A DNA stretch of 64,000 nt, taken from the IMG/VR virus record IMGVR_UViG_3300038393_003162, positions 84,407-148,406 of that record; one strand, given 5' to 3'. Below are positions 19,298-28,578 of the stretch, one piece after another (position 1 is the stretch's first letter; every line of letters starts with the position of its first letter). Source of the stretch: a virus. Its lineage: Duplodnaviria > Heunggongvirae > Uroviricota > Caudoviricetes. Both the position numbers and the translations under genes were made by a program. The notes under the pieces are model-generated. The model saw only the letters and a program-made list of their open reading frames with translations, had not been told where the DNA came from and made no database searches.

Positions 19298-19712
19298 CGT
19301 CGGTATTCCTTTCTTTCGTCGAATTCAACAAGGTCCAGAACAAATGTCCCGGATTGGGCAACTTCATGGACTTCCTGCGATTTACCCGTTTCAGGTACGA
19401 GACCAAGCTGCGATGGATCAGGCGGGTGACGGCGGGCGTCGGCTTGACCAAGGCATTGGCGATTGCCCAATTCCAGGCGTGAGCTTCCTGCTCCAGTCGC
19501 AACCCCTTGCCGATGGCTGCCTCAGGATGAATAACGTGGGCGATTTCATGGAGAGCGACGTAATACGTCACAACACCTTTGACCGGAGCAATCTTGATCC
19601 TCTTGGACTTTCTCCAAGCTTTGCCGCCGCGACTCACTGATAGGACCTCTATCGAATGTTGGCGACAAAGCCCGAGGACGTGCTGCTCCATCTTTGCCTT
19701 GGTTATCGGCAT
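19290..19712 (-). CDS. HExxH zinc-metalloprotease-like protein
   Basis: YYVALHEIAHV...EQEAHAW. Confidence 0.65.
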   Translation of the reverse strand: MPITKAKMEQHVLGLCRQHSIEVLSVSRGGKAWRKSKRIKIAPVKGVVTYYVALHEIAHVIHPEAAIGKGLRLEQEAHAWNWAIANALVKPTPAVTRLIHRSLVSYLKRVNRRKSMKLPNPGHLFWTLLNSTKERNTDDA

Positions 19713-19714
19713 GA

Positions 19715-20242
19715 TTATCCTGCTGCCGGAAGGCGCTGCTCCATTGCCTCGAAGAACTGGTCTTCGGTGACATTGTGTAATTCGAGCGTCTGAAGCCACT
19801 TGGCGTGACGCGCCCGACGTTCGTACGGGGTGACGGAAAAATCGTTGAAGATGGAGTCGAATGCCCACGCCAACCGATTATACAGCAGATCGGACATTCC
19901 GTTGTCCAGTTGGTCGTAAGTGATTCTCGCCAAGATGCCTTTGATGAAGCTCAAAGAATCCTCCAAAGATGGGTAAGGAATTTCACTAAGGTTCCACTTC
20001 CTCTGGTCGCACCAGGGAAACTCACCGGCTTCCGCGCGACAGATCAATTCAGCTTTGGCGTTGTTGCTCTTGATCCTCCTGGCAAAGATATCAGATGAAG
20101 TCAAACGCCACCGATCCCCGCTGGATGAGGTGACCCTGATCTGAATCGGATTAGCGTAGTCTACCAGAAGATAGACCATGTCGCCACCGCCCAGGCACCA
20201 GAGGTCACCGGCACGAGGATTACATACCGCACATCGACTCAT
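19715..20242 (-). CDS. Hypothetical protein
   Basis: 175-aa ORF in operon context; start uncertain. Confidence 0.55.
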   Translation of the reverse strand: MSRCAVCNPRAGDLWCLGGGDMVYLLVDYANPIQIRVTSSSGDRWRLTSSDIFARRIKSNNAKAELICRAEAGEFPWCDQRKWNLSEIPYPSLEDSLSFIKGILARITYDQLDNGMSDLLYNRLAWAFDSIFNDFSVTPYERRARHAKWLQTLELHNVTEDQFFEAMEQRLPAAG

Positions 20243-20254
20243 CGCCCGCCCTTC

Positions 20255-20812
20255 CTATAGGCTCTCAAAATACGCCATTTCCTTCATTCGTCGCCGCTTG
20301 ACATTCGGGGAATCGCTGACCAGTCCTTGCCCCGAAAGATACGTCCAGATCGATCGGTAGAGGCTCTGGGGATCAGCCCATGCTTGGTCGACTGCCCGAA
20401 GCCCTTGAAGACTGAGATGTTCGCCGGTGGATCGACAGTCGAAGAATGCGCAGGCGAATGGCGAAGTCTCGTGAATCCCGCACTTTCCGTCATCGCCAAG
20501 ATGGATGCACGAATGGTCCGGCTTCTCGGCAAGGACCAACGTGGGAATCCGCCGTTGCCCCTCCGCTTTCCCGGTCTGCTGGTTCAAGACCGCCACAGTG
20601 GCACCGGGAGACGCCAGCAGGTTCTTGCTCGCCCATTCCAAGGGGTCGGCACCTGCTGGGATCATCCTCGCGAGGTCGGACGGGATGAGGTAGCCCGGCA
20701 TATACCGGCAATTCATCAAGCAGTCTTTACAGCCGCACTTGGTCCTCGCGTGACCGAATTCGATCCTTTTGTGGTCGGGAACCGGAGAGTCGTTTAAGAC
20801 CGGAAGGCTCAT
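20255..20812 (-). CDS. YkgJ-family cysteine-cluster (Zn/Fe-chelating) protein
   Basis: CGCKDCLMNC...CIHLGDDGKCGIHETSPFACAFFDC; ends in TAG. Confidence 0.75.
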   Translation of the reverse strand: MSLPVLNDSPVPDHKRIEFGHARTKCGCKDCLMNCRYMPGYLIPSDLARMIPAGADPLEWASKNLLASPGATVAVLNQQTGKAEGQRRIPTLVLAEKPDHSCIHLGDDGKCGIHETSPFACAFFDCRSTGEHLSLQGLRAVDQAWADPQSLYRSIWTYLSGQGLVSDSPNVKRRRMKEMAYFESL

Positions 20813-21309
20813 GATTGGTTGATCTCGTTGGGGGCTTCGACGAATACGGTATCGGGCTGGACCTTTTCCGCCCACATCACGATGGAATGCGCCGGTTCGT
20901 TGAGGTCGAATGGTTCCCTCAAATCATCGTGGAGTATCCAGCCTCCGTTGTGAGTCTTGTAGGCAACCCACTTGCCGTCATAGGTCTGGAGATCGCTGCC
21001 TGAGAGTCGCAGGTGGTGGCGGAAGGGACCGATGGTTCGCCTGATTTCATCCTGCGATTCCATACGGAAGAAGTATCCCATTGTAGCATCCCGGATATTC
21101 AGATGCCAATGGGTATCGGAATATCGCTCGCCCTTGCTCCGGGTTTCGAGCAATCCGGCTTCCTCCATCTCCTGGAGGGTCGATAGGCGGATGTTACGAC
21201 ATTGGTTCACGCCATCGGCGACCATGTAACCGATGTTGGAGGTGGAGGGCGACCAAATTCGCCCTCCTCGTCGCAAATGGTCGATGATCAATCGATGCGA
21301 CTTTTTCAA
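20809..21309 (-). CDS. Hypothetical protein
   Basis: Coupled to both neighbours; TTG start chosen, uncertain. Confidence 0.5.
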   Translation of the reverse strand: MKKSHRLIIDHLRRGGRIWSPSTSNIGYMVADGVNQCRNIRLSTLQEMEEAGLLETRSKGERYSDTHWHLNIRDATMGYFFRMESQDEIRRTIGPFRHHLRLSGSDLQTYDGKWVAYKTHNGGWILHDDLREPFDLNEPAHSIVMWAEKVQPDTVFVEAPNEINQS

Positions 21310-21842
21310 GACTTGCCCCCCCGGTTGAGCGGCTTGACCTGCGGCATGGACTTGTGCGGGATTGCCCACTCCCCGATCCGGAGCCGGACGATGGTGTAGC
21401 TGATCGCCTTGAGATCGAGGCTCTTGCGGGAGTTATAAAGATTCGCAACCGACTTGAGCATGGTGGTCTGGTTCTCGCAAGGACCTTTATGCTCGACGTC
21501 CTTGACGCACGTTTCCAGCAACTCGCGATCAACACCGGTTGCGACCTTGGATTGTCCGACGGGAGCCGATGCCTTCGCCTCGATCGCCGCCTTTACTTGG
21601 TCATGAAGATGCTCGATTGCCGGGGCGATCTTCTCCAAGTTATCACGATAGGAGGACATCAGTGCGCGATCGGCAGGAGACTTGAACTGCTTTGCCGCAA
21701 GTTCTAGAGCCTCAGTCGTTGTCCCGAGGAGTTTCCGCATCTGGCACTCGACCAAAGAATCAGCGTACTCGCCGCTGATCTCGATCGTAATCCGCACGGG
21801 CTTTTTTGTCACTTCCTGGGTTGCTACCGCATCAGCTTTCAT
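21306..21842 (-). CDS. Hypothetical protein
   Basis: 178 aa, phage-typical composition. Confidence 0.65.
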   Translation of the reverse strand: MKADAVATQEVTKKPVRITIEISGEYADSLVECQMRKLLGTTTEALELAAKQFKSPADRALMSSYRDNLEKIAPAIEHLHDQVKAAIEAKASAPVGQSKVATGVDRELLETCVKDVEHKGPCENQTTMLKSVANLYNSRKSLDLKAISYTIVRLRIGEWAIPHKSMPQVKPLNRGGKS

Positions 21843-21898
21843 GTTACGAGTCCTGTGAGTGTGAGAAGTCTTGCGTGATGCTAAGGATGTATCCGGTT

Positions 21899-22585
21899 TT
21901 AACCGACCACCTTGGTTGCTCGATAGTGGTCGAGGTCGAGTTCAACACCTTTGACCCGAACCCGGAACGTCTTGGGTCCGATCGAAACGATTTCCCCCAA
22001 AACGTAGTAGTTCGCGCTAACCGTCTCGCGCCGCTTCGTATGTTCCGAGTCGAAGGAGAAATGCCGTTTCCCCAACTCCACGTAACATTTGGCTCCCGGC
22101 TGGACTCGCTTGCGGAAATTGCTCCGATTGATCAAGACGCCTTCCGAGGGGTAACTGCCCAAGGAATCCCACAACGCTTCAAGGATCAATTCCTTGATCG
22201 CCCGCCGTCGCCCTTCCTCCCACATGGAAGCTTGTCGTTGGTCGTATTCTCGGGATCGGGCGACCGCTTCCAGATACGCATCTACGTAGTCCAACCATTG
22301 GTCGTACTGAACGCCCTTCTTGAGTTCCTGTCCGTCGAACTGAATTGCTCCGACATAGACCAGGTTCGCGATTGCCTCGTAATAGAATGTCCGGATGAAC
22401 CAGCCTTCCTTGAACGTCTGGTCTATCGCCTGCTCGACCGTACAAGGCAGTAGGTCTCGTTCCCGGAACTCGTTCAGCATGTATCGGGCGATGTGATAGA
22501 CCGATGCCTTGGGGTTGTTGATACTCACCGCGCCGGGATAATCGCCAAACCGTTCCAGCATCTCGGCAATTGTTTCTATCGCCAT
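21899..22585 (-). CDS. Hypothetical protein
   Basis: 228 aa with SD GGGGAG. Confidence 0.65.
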   Translation of the reverse strand: MAIETIAEMLERFGDYPGAVSINNPKASVYHIARYMLNEFRERDLLPCTVEQAIDQTFKEGWFIRTFYYEAIANLVYVGAIQFDGQELKKGVQYDQWLDYVDAYLEAVARSREYDQRQASMWEEGRRRAIKELILEALWDSLGSYPSEGVLINRSNFRKRVQPGAKCYVELGKRHFSFDSEHTKRRETVSANYYVLGEIVSIGPKTFRVRVKGVELDLDHYRATKVVG

Positions 22586-22627
22586 CGTCGTCTCCCCTGG
22601 TTTGATATGTTGAATTCGTATTGTGGA

Positions 22628-22870
22628 TCAGTCTTCCTCGACCAAGATGTTTAAGTCATAGACCGATTTGACGAGGTCGATGAGCGATTGGTTTGACAAT
22701 CCAGTGTTGTTGCGCATGACCAGACTGCGGGTAAATTCCAGTTTACCCGCAACGATCATGACGCTCACAGAGGCGGTATCTTCTTCGCTGTTATTGTGTT
22801 CTACAACCACGATGAATCGACGCTCGTTATACGCCTGTCGCTTTCTTGTCTTGACCTTGATTGATCTCAT
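22628..22870 (-). CDS. Hypothetical protein
   Basis: 80 aa. Confidence 0.55.
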   Translation of the reverse strand: MRSIKVKTRKRQAYNERRFIVVVEHNNSEEDTASVSVMIVAGKLEFTRSLVMRNNTGLSNQSLIDLVKSVYDLNILVEED

Positions 22871-23157
22871 AAAGATTGATCCTAATCAGGGGTGAAAGAA
22901 GGTCGGAATTTTGTCAATCTTCGCCACGGCTCAGCGGCTTCCGGAGTTCGCTCAGAATGTGTTAAACGCCTCTAGGGCGTGGAATGAATAAGGTTCGTCG
23001 ATCCTAAGGGAGAATCCGGGATTAACCGCTTCCCTTGCTACGAACCAGACAGCGGGAACTCTGCAAAAAACCGACATCGAAATTTTGGTCTTACCTCGGC
23101 TGAATCATCCATTTTATGACTCGAAAACGAATACACAAAATATCTTCGCCGCACCCC

Positions 23158-23187
23158 ATTATAGACGGAGGAAGATGGGATTGTAAA
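23158..23187 (-). promoter_or_regulatory. Sigma70-type promoter TTTACA-18-TATAAT
   Basis: Near-consensus hexamers in the largest intergenic gap. Confidence 0.6.
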
Positions 23188-23284
23188 CCAAAAAACCGAT
23201 CGTCAACCTTATTTTTTGTCAAAGTCATAAGTCATTAGGGATCAACGAGATAGGATCAGACCGAAATCACGACCAACACACCGG

Positions 23285-23521
23285 TTAAACCCCTGAAGAA
23301 GGTGGAAGCTGAGAAAGACCCGCAGGTAGTTGTCCATAAACATTATCACTTCTTCGGGTTCCAATGCGAACACTGTAGCCTTCAGTGAGCAAGATCGCCC
23401 TCGCCTCGAAAATGGCGTTTAGTAGCGAAATCCGTTCTTGGGGAGTCAGATCGCTCAGATCCAATTGTTCGACATGATTTTTCTTCTCGGGTTTCGCCTG
23501 CATCCAGCCTCGCAATATCAT
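23285..23521 (-). CDS. Hypothetical protein
   Basis: 78 aa. Confidence 0.5.
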   Translation of the reverse strand: MILRGWMQAKPEKKNHVEQLDLSDLTPQERISLLNAIFEARAILLTEGYSVRIGTRRSDNVYGQLPAGLSQLPPSSGV

Positions 23522-23574
23522 TATTAGTGGTCCTACTATTAATTCTTTTTAAGGGCAAAATTCAGAGAAAACTA

Positions 23575-23603
23575 TTGCCATAGGTCTAAATTATCGGTAT
23601 AGT
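23575..23603 (+). promoter_or_regulatory. Sigma70-type promoter TTGCCA-17-TATAGT
   Basis: Exact 17-nt spacer upstream of ATG 23656. Confidence 0.6.
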
Positions 23604-23655
23604 ATAACTCGATCATGGAGGTCGGGTCCGGAACGACGCTTAAAAGGAGACGGCA

Positions 23656-24354
23656 ATGGCAGAACGAGTTAGTGTGGTCCACGGGAAGAATCCTGTCATT
23701 CTCATTGCCCCTCACGGCTTTGACGACACGAACACAGACATCATGACCGAGTATGCTGCGTTGGAGTGCGGCGGCAACGCCGTCATCAATCGCGGCTGGG
23801 AACGAGACGCGACGGTCGATGTCCTAAATGACAAGGCGAATTGTAATAACATCAAGCATGCCAAGCATAATGTGGTCAAGGACGAGTTCTACGACCCCAT
23901 CATCGGTATGGTCAACCGGTTGACGACCAAGAATCCCAAGATATATGTCTTTCATGTTCATGGTTGCGGAAACGACATTCGGAAGAAGACCGGCGAGAAC
24001 CTGAGTGTCGTCATGGGCTGCGGGGACGGCAAGCCTCAGCGAATCACTTGTAAGAAATCGACCCGAGAACTCTTCACCTGGCTCATCGAGAAGGACATGC
24101 TTTGGCTGCCCGCGATAGCGAATGCCGGGAGCCGATTCGCCGGTTGGGACATGAACAACCTGCTCCAGATGTGGCGACCTTTCTATCCTCGCGTCTCTGC
24201 CCTCCAACTGGAATTCGTGACCGCTGTGCGCAACTCCAAGGCAGATGCCGAAGTTAGCGGTCGATACCTCGGTGACCAAATCAATAACCTGCTCGCTTCC
24301 GATGGAATTCTTGCCCCACCCCCCACCTACTCCTACTTCAAAGTGAATATTTGA
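23656..24354 (+). CDS. Zn-dependent amidohydrolase (N-formylglutamate amidohydrolase-like fold)
   Basis: VILIAPHG, VFHVHG, ALQLEF; SD AAGGAG. Confidence 0.6.
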   Translation: MAERVSVVHGKNPVILIAPHGFDDTNTDIMTEYAALECGGNAVINRGWERDATVDVLNDKANCNNIKHAKHNVVKDEFYDPIIGMVNRLTTKNPKIYVFHVHGCGNDIRKKTGENLSVVMGCGDGKPQRITCKKSTRELFTWLIEKDMLWLPAIANAGSRFAGWDMNNLLQMWRPFYPRVSALQLEFVTAVRNSKADAEVSGRYLGDQINNLLASDGILAPPPTYSYFKVNI

Positions 24355-24638
24355 GGACCGAGATGCCAATCAAGATCGGAAACAAAGTCATACCCAAGTG
24401 TCCTGCAGGATTGTGGTTAGCTGACGTTCCCTGGAATGGCGACTGGAAGCAAGAACAACAAAAGACATGTGTATTCCAAGGAACGGGAACAGTAATCGAC
24501 GTTCGCGAATTAGATGTCGATTACAGCAAACTAGACGATATCTACAAAGATTTGGGCATTATCAGAGTCCGTCATTGTTTAATTGAATTCGATGGAGGTC
24601 TCGGGTGGGCAGGCGAGGGAACATTGATCAAGCAGTGA
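24351..24638 (+). CDS. Hypothetical protein
   Basis: 95 aa, coupled to upstream gene. Confidence 0.55.
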   Translation: MRTEMPIKIGNKVIPKCPAGLWLADVPWNGDWKQEQQKTCVFQGTGTVIDVRELDVDYSKLDDIYKDLGIIRVRHCLIEFDGGLGWAGEGTLIKQ

Positions 24639-24668
24639 AAAAAGCCCGGTTAAAACCGGGCTTTTTTT
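24639..24668. terminator. Bidirectional intrinsic terminator
   Basis: AAAAAGCCCGGT-TAAA-ACCGGGCTTTTTTT between convergent genes. Confidence 0.85.
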
Positions 24669-24692
24669 GTTTAACTATTCACGTCTCAGATA

Positions 24693-25619
24693 TCAGTTGA
24701 ACTCTTCAACTTCAACTTCGGTCATTCCTGCCCAACCGCCCACGGTCCAGTTCGACGGCAAGTTATTGCCGGGGTATCCGTCGAAGGTCGAATAAGCCCA
24801 AGAGTCCCGCATCGCAAGCATGTTCTCCACGACATTTCTCCTGGCTCCGAAGCAGAACGGCGGCATGTCGTTCGGGGTAGGACCCTGGCAGGCGTCGTCA
24901 CCCCAGCTATTGGCGATGACCGCACACTCATCACGGCTTCCCGTGTACATAATACCGACGATCAGCATGCAGTGACTCCAAGACCCTTGAGCCTCGGCAA
25001 TCCCGACATTGTTGCGGCGAAGCTGGAAGCCCTGGTTGCTGCAGACGACTACGGGATAGCCGTTAGAGAGAGCGGCAACCAATTCGGTCCAGGTCGAGAC
25101 CAAAGAGGCAGTCTTGACGAGGTGTTCCCTCATCTTCTGCTTGACGTCGCTCGGAGTCCCCTGGTAGCCCCAGGTCTTGGCACGCTGCCCGCTATAGGCA
25201 CCGACCACCTCGCGGGGGATTACGCCGGTCGTCGTGACGGCTTTGGCGAGAGCGCCACCGTAGCAACCGTCGCCGTTGCTGCCCAACATCCCGGCGATCT
25301 CTCGACCCACGCCGTAGAGAGCCTCGGTAGAGGTCTCTTTCCAGGTCTCATTCTGCTTGCCGATCACCATCTGTACAGCCTGGAGAAGGTCAACTCCGTG
25401 ACCGCTACCCATTGAAGTACAGTCTCCAATCTGCTGAGCGACATAATGAGGGTAGCTGCCCAAGGCATCCTTCCATGCCTTGTAGAGATAAACATCCTTC
25501 TGCTGGACGTTCATTAAGTTAGGAGCAGCCTGACCGAAAAGAGGGTAAGGCATGCTTGCGAGGATTTGCGCGTTGCCGAGAGGATTCGGCACATATCCAC
25601 AAAGAGAATTGATGTCCAT
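24693..25619 (-). CDS. Papain-like (C1) cysteine peptidase
   Basis: QQIGDCTS (Gln oxyanion, catalytic Cys), SHCMLIVG (His), IANSWG (Asn). Confidence 0.85.
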   Translation of the reverse strand: MDINSLCGYVPNPLGNAQILASMPYPLFGQAAPNLMNVQQKDVYLYKAWKDALGSYPHYVAQQIGDCTSMGSGHGVDLLQAVQMVIGKQNETWKETSTEALYGVGREIAGMLGSNGDGCYGGALAKAVTTTGVIPREVVGAYSGQRAKTWGYQGTPSDVKQKMREHLVKTASLVSTWTELVAALSNGYPVVVCSNQGFQLRRNNVGIAEAQGSWSHCMLIVGIMYTGSRDECAVIANSWGDDACQGPTPNDMPPFCFGARRNVVENMLAMRDSWAYSTFDGYPGNNLPSNWTVGGWAGMTEVEVEEFN

Positions 25620-26077
25620 TACTTAGCCCCCATTTTATTGCTAATATCACCTACCTTCCTGCTCAGTTCACCCATGAAGCCAGCCATCCAATCCACCTGC
25701 TCTTGGGTCGGATTGGTCGTGCCAGCCGGAATTTTTGCCGTAATCTTACCATTGAATAGACCGGTGAACGCTTCCTGGCGTCGAGACTTGAAGTTCTCTT
25801 CCAGGTGCTTCTGAACGTCGCCGAAACCGACCTTGGCTTTCAATTCGGTTTCCGAGGTGAGACCGCTGTCGGAGTAGGACTTGAGCAATGCCTTTGCCCA
25901 AGCATGCGCCTCTTCGTCGGAAACAATCGTTGCGACCGGGATTACCGGATCAGGATGTGGCTGTGGCGGAGTGGGACCGAATGGATTGGGATGAGTGGCA
26001 AACCACCCATGACCAAGAATTGCCCCACAAATCATTAATGTAATTAAGTAAGGACGAACAGATGTCCAAAAACCCAT
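25619..26077 (-). CDS. Membrane-anchored protein with Pro-rich linker
   Basis: N-terminal TM helix then PFGPTPPQPHPDPVIP; stop overlaps the peptidase ATG. Confidence 0.7.
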   Translation of the reverse strand: MGFWTSVRPYLITLMICGAILGHGWFATHPNPFGPTPPQPHPDPVIPVATIVSDEEAHAWAKALLKSYSDSGLTSETELKAKVGFGDVQKHLEENFKSRRQEAFTGLFNGKITAKIPAGTTNPTQEQVDWMAGFMGELSRKVGDISNKMGAK

Positions 26078-26139
26078 ATGTGCCTCCTAAAATACTCCTT
26101 CTAGGAGGTATATACACAGCTATGAGTTATATAGAGGCA

Positions 26140-26550
26140 TTAATCCCCAGGAACCACACCAATCGTAAGATGCAATGGAAATAGCGGGTCTCGTTTCAGT
26201 CCGAGACTTCCTCTCAGACCAAGCAAAGCATCGCACCAAACCGGCAGCCAGACGTGCTTGCCGTCGGTTTCCATTTCTGTGCTGTATTCAAAGGTGATAA
26301 TTTCAGAGGTGATTAGGTCCCACATGAGTTTATTGGGAGGTTCCTCATTGCGGACAACTGTGATATGTTCAGACCAGGCGGGACGAATCAGTTGGGCATG
26401 GGCACGGAAATGCCAATTGTACATGTGTCTATAGTATTTCCCGAGATCGTCTTGGAGATCGACGACCAACCACCATCGTGCCTGCGGGGTTGGCGTCTTC
26501 GACTGCGATACCGGACTCTTTCTCAAAGTCCCTTTTGAGAAATATCTCAT
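26140..26550 (-). CDS. 2H phosphoesterase-fold protein (copy A)
   Basis: Two HxT motifs: EHITVVRNE and LHLTIG. Confidence 0.7.
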   Translation of the reverse strand: MRYFSKGTLRKSPVSQSKTPTPQARWWLVVDLQDDLGKYYRHMYNWHFRAHAQLIRPAWSEHITVVRNEEPPNKLMWDLITSEIITFEYSTEMETDGKHVWLPVWCDALLGLRGSLGLKRDPLFPLHLTIGVVPGD

Positions 26551-26574
26551 CGTTCCAATCCATTTGAAAAAATA

Positions 26575-27345
26575 TTATTGACCTGTAAGGCTATCCAGAA
26601 GCAACAATCGGGTCTGATTGATCTTCTTCCTCAACTCTTTGGTTCCGAGACATTCCTTGTTCTTCAGTATCTCCCGTAGTTTTCTCACAGAATCATTGCT
26701 CAAGGGAAAACTTGCCTTAATGGCATTGCAATGTTGACACATCGTTTGGTAATTATCGAGCGAATCGGCACCACCATAAGACTTTGCCTTGATATGATCC
26801 TTGGTCATGAGGACATTTCGACCATCTTCTTCGGCGTAGAAGTTGAAATGCGCGGTGAATTCGCCGGGAGGATTTTCGAGGATAAATTTGTTGCCTGTCA
26901 AACCACAAGATACGCAGGTCGGATTCTGCTGAAAGAGGCGGTAGCGATCCGAGTTCATTTTAACCTCATAAACATTTTCCGCAATCCTAATCAAGGTCTT
27001 TTCTTGGCTGTCGGTGATCCATGAGAAAACCTGTTCGGGTGTAAATGTTTTTAGTTGATTGACCGAAGATGACTTGTCCTTGAGGGGCACCAACTCCATT
27101 TGAATGCCAAAGTTCCTGTAATCCTCGCCTTGGGGACTTGGGGCGATTACATTGTTTACCAATTTACGCGCTTGCTCCGTAATCGATTCGAGCGATCCGA
27201 TGGCTTCGAATTCCCAAGAGGAAGTCGCGATTATCTTGTAGTGTGGCATACCATATTTATGGCGGGAAACTTTGCTTTCAAAAGGGTGGTGGTCACGTAC
27301 TGGAGGATTTCTGATGAGCTTCAACAGCGATGCATTGTCGGTCAA
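26575..27345 (-). CDS. HNH endonuclease
   Basis: CVSCG...TKDHIKAKSYGGADSLDNYQTMCQHCNAIK; true start probably downstream of 27345. Confidence 0.8.
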   Translation of the reverse strand: MTDNASLLKLIRNPPVRDHHPFESKVSRHKYGMPHYKIIATSSWEFEAIGSLESITEQARKLVNNVIAPSPQGEDYRNFGIQMELVPLKDKSSSVNQLKTFTPEQVFSWITDSQEKTLIRIAENVYEVKMNSDRYRLFQQNPTCVSCGLTGNKFILENPPGEFTAHFNFYAEEDGRNVLMTKDHIKAKSYGGADSLDNYQTMCQHCNAIKASFPLSNDSVRKLREILKNKECLGTKELRKKINQTRLLLLDSLTGQ

Positions 27346-27559
27346 GGTCGAGGGGGCGATTCGCGAGGCATTACTCGCTCACAAAGACCAGATTATCGAG
27401 AGTTCTGGCGGCATATTCGCTCGCCAGGGGATGAAGATTGCCTTCCCGATCCTGCTGGACCAGAGCGGCAACCTCGCCGAGGTGGCGATCGAGGTGATCC
27501 GGAAGGAGTTCGGCGAACTGAATGTCAACGACCTGTTGAACTGGCTCGCCACTAAGTGA
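27314..27559 (+). CDS. Hypothetical protein
   Basis: GGAGG SD before MSFNSDAL. Confidence 0.65.
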   Translation: MSFNSDALSVKVEGAIREALLAHKDQIIESSGGIFARQGMKIAFPILLDQSGNLAEVAIEVIRKEFGELNVNDLLNWLATK

Positions 27560-27606
27560 ACAAAATATCCCTAGGTAGACTCGTGGTCTACCTAGGGATA
27601 TTTTGT
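27560..27606. terminator. Perfect 21-bp inverted repeat, likely bidirectional terminator
   Basis: ACAAAATATCCCTAGGTAGAC-TCGTG-GTCTACCTAGGGATATTTTGT between convergent genes. Confidence 0.8.
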
Positions 27607-27649
27607 GTTTGAAAGATACTAGTGTAATACTTAGCAGACCAAAAGACAA

Positions 27650-27985
27650 TTAGTCAATTGTTTGTGGAACGATGCAGTAAATGAGTTCGCCCAGAGGCGA
27701 GATCACCATGACGGTTCCATCATCTTCTGTTTCGAAAGTATAATCTTCGTTTTCATCGTCGTCATCCGAGTCATCACCATCGAAGTCATAGTCGGAATCA
27801 TCGCCGTCGAAGGTGTCGTCATCCGAGTCATCATCGTCGTCATCCTTGAGCAATTCGACTACCTTAGCTTTGGCGCTGTCGAGGGTTCGGAAAACCCCAT
27901 TAATTGCTGAGTCTACCGAAAGACCCTCGGCGAACATCAATGTGTCATTCCAGAGAACAACCCATACTTGATTTTCATCATTCAT
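27650..27985 (-). CDS. Small highly acidic (Asp-rich) protein
   Basis: DDDDDDSDDDTFDGDDSDYDFDGDDSDDDDENED tract. Confidence 0.7.
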   Translation of the reverse strand: MNDENQVWVVLWNDTLMFAEGLSVDSAINGVFRTLDSAKAKVVELLKDDDDDDSDDDTFDGDDSDYDFDGDDSDDDDENEDYTFETEDDGTVMVISPLGELIYCIVPQTID

Positions 27986-27989
27986 TTAA

Positions 27990-28439
27990 TTAGCCCACCA
28001 CAACCTTAGACGAGCAACAATGCGATGCGGCTTCGACGGTCTCAGCCCTCTTACCCTGGCAGCAAGGCTTCGCCTCGTCGAGGATCGCCTTGATCATCGA
28101 GAACTCGACCAGCATTCGCTCCTTGTTGCTCCCGTCGAAATCAGGGAGAGGACCAACGCCACGACCCTGGACGATGACTCGCTGCCCGACCTTGATCCCG
28201 CTGGACTCGGGGAGGCTCGGTCCGACTTCCAGGACGTAGCCCTGAGGCGGTCCTTCGATCTCGGTGTCGTTGCCGAGGAGGATCGACCCACCCTGGATCT
28301 CCTGTGCCGTCAAGAACTCAACCATAATCAAAGAGCCGGTGGGATGGATGCCCGTCACCTTGGGGGCTGCCTTGACCACCGGAGCGGGAACCATGCTCAA
28401 ATCCAACTTACTCGAACCATTAAAGATAATTTCCGACAT
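27990..28439 (-). CDS. groES: GroES/Cpn10-like co-chaperonin
   Basis: IHPTGSLIMVE, GGSILL mobile loop, GYVLEVGP, IKVGQRVIV, SMIKAIL; Cys-rich tail. Confidence 0.8.
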   Translation of the reverse strand: MSEIIFNGSSKLDLSMVPAPVVKAAPKVTGIHPTGSLIMVEFLTAQEIQGGSILLGNDTEIEGPPQGYVLEVGPSLPESSGIKVGQRVIVQGRGVGPLPDFDGSNKERMLVEFSMIKAILDEAKPCCQGKRAETVEAASHCCSSKVVVG

Positions 28440-28578
28440 TCTCCAAACTCCTACTAGAGATTATTTTATTTAAATTGGTGTTAGTGCGAAGGTGTTATAT
28501 CATAATTTTAAAATAGTGTCAATAAAATAATCCTAATGTGAAACCTAAAATATTTTAGGTTTCACATTAAGATAAAAA

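Noticed and set aside
27760-27850. DNA tandem repeat
   Set aside because: Explained by the Asp/Ser/Gly low-complexity coding tract.
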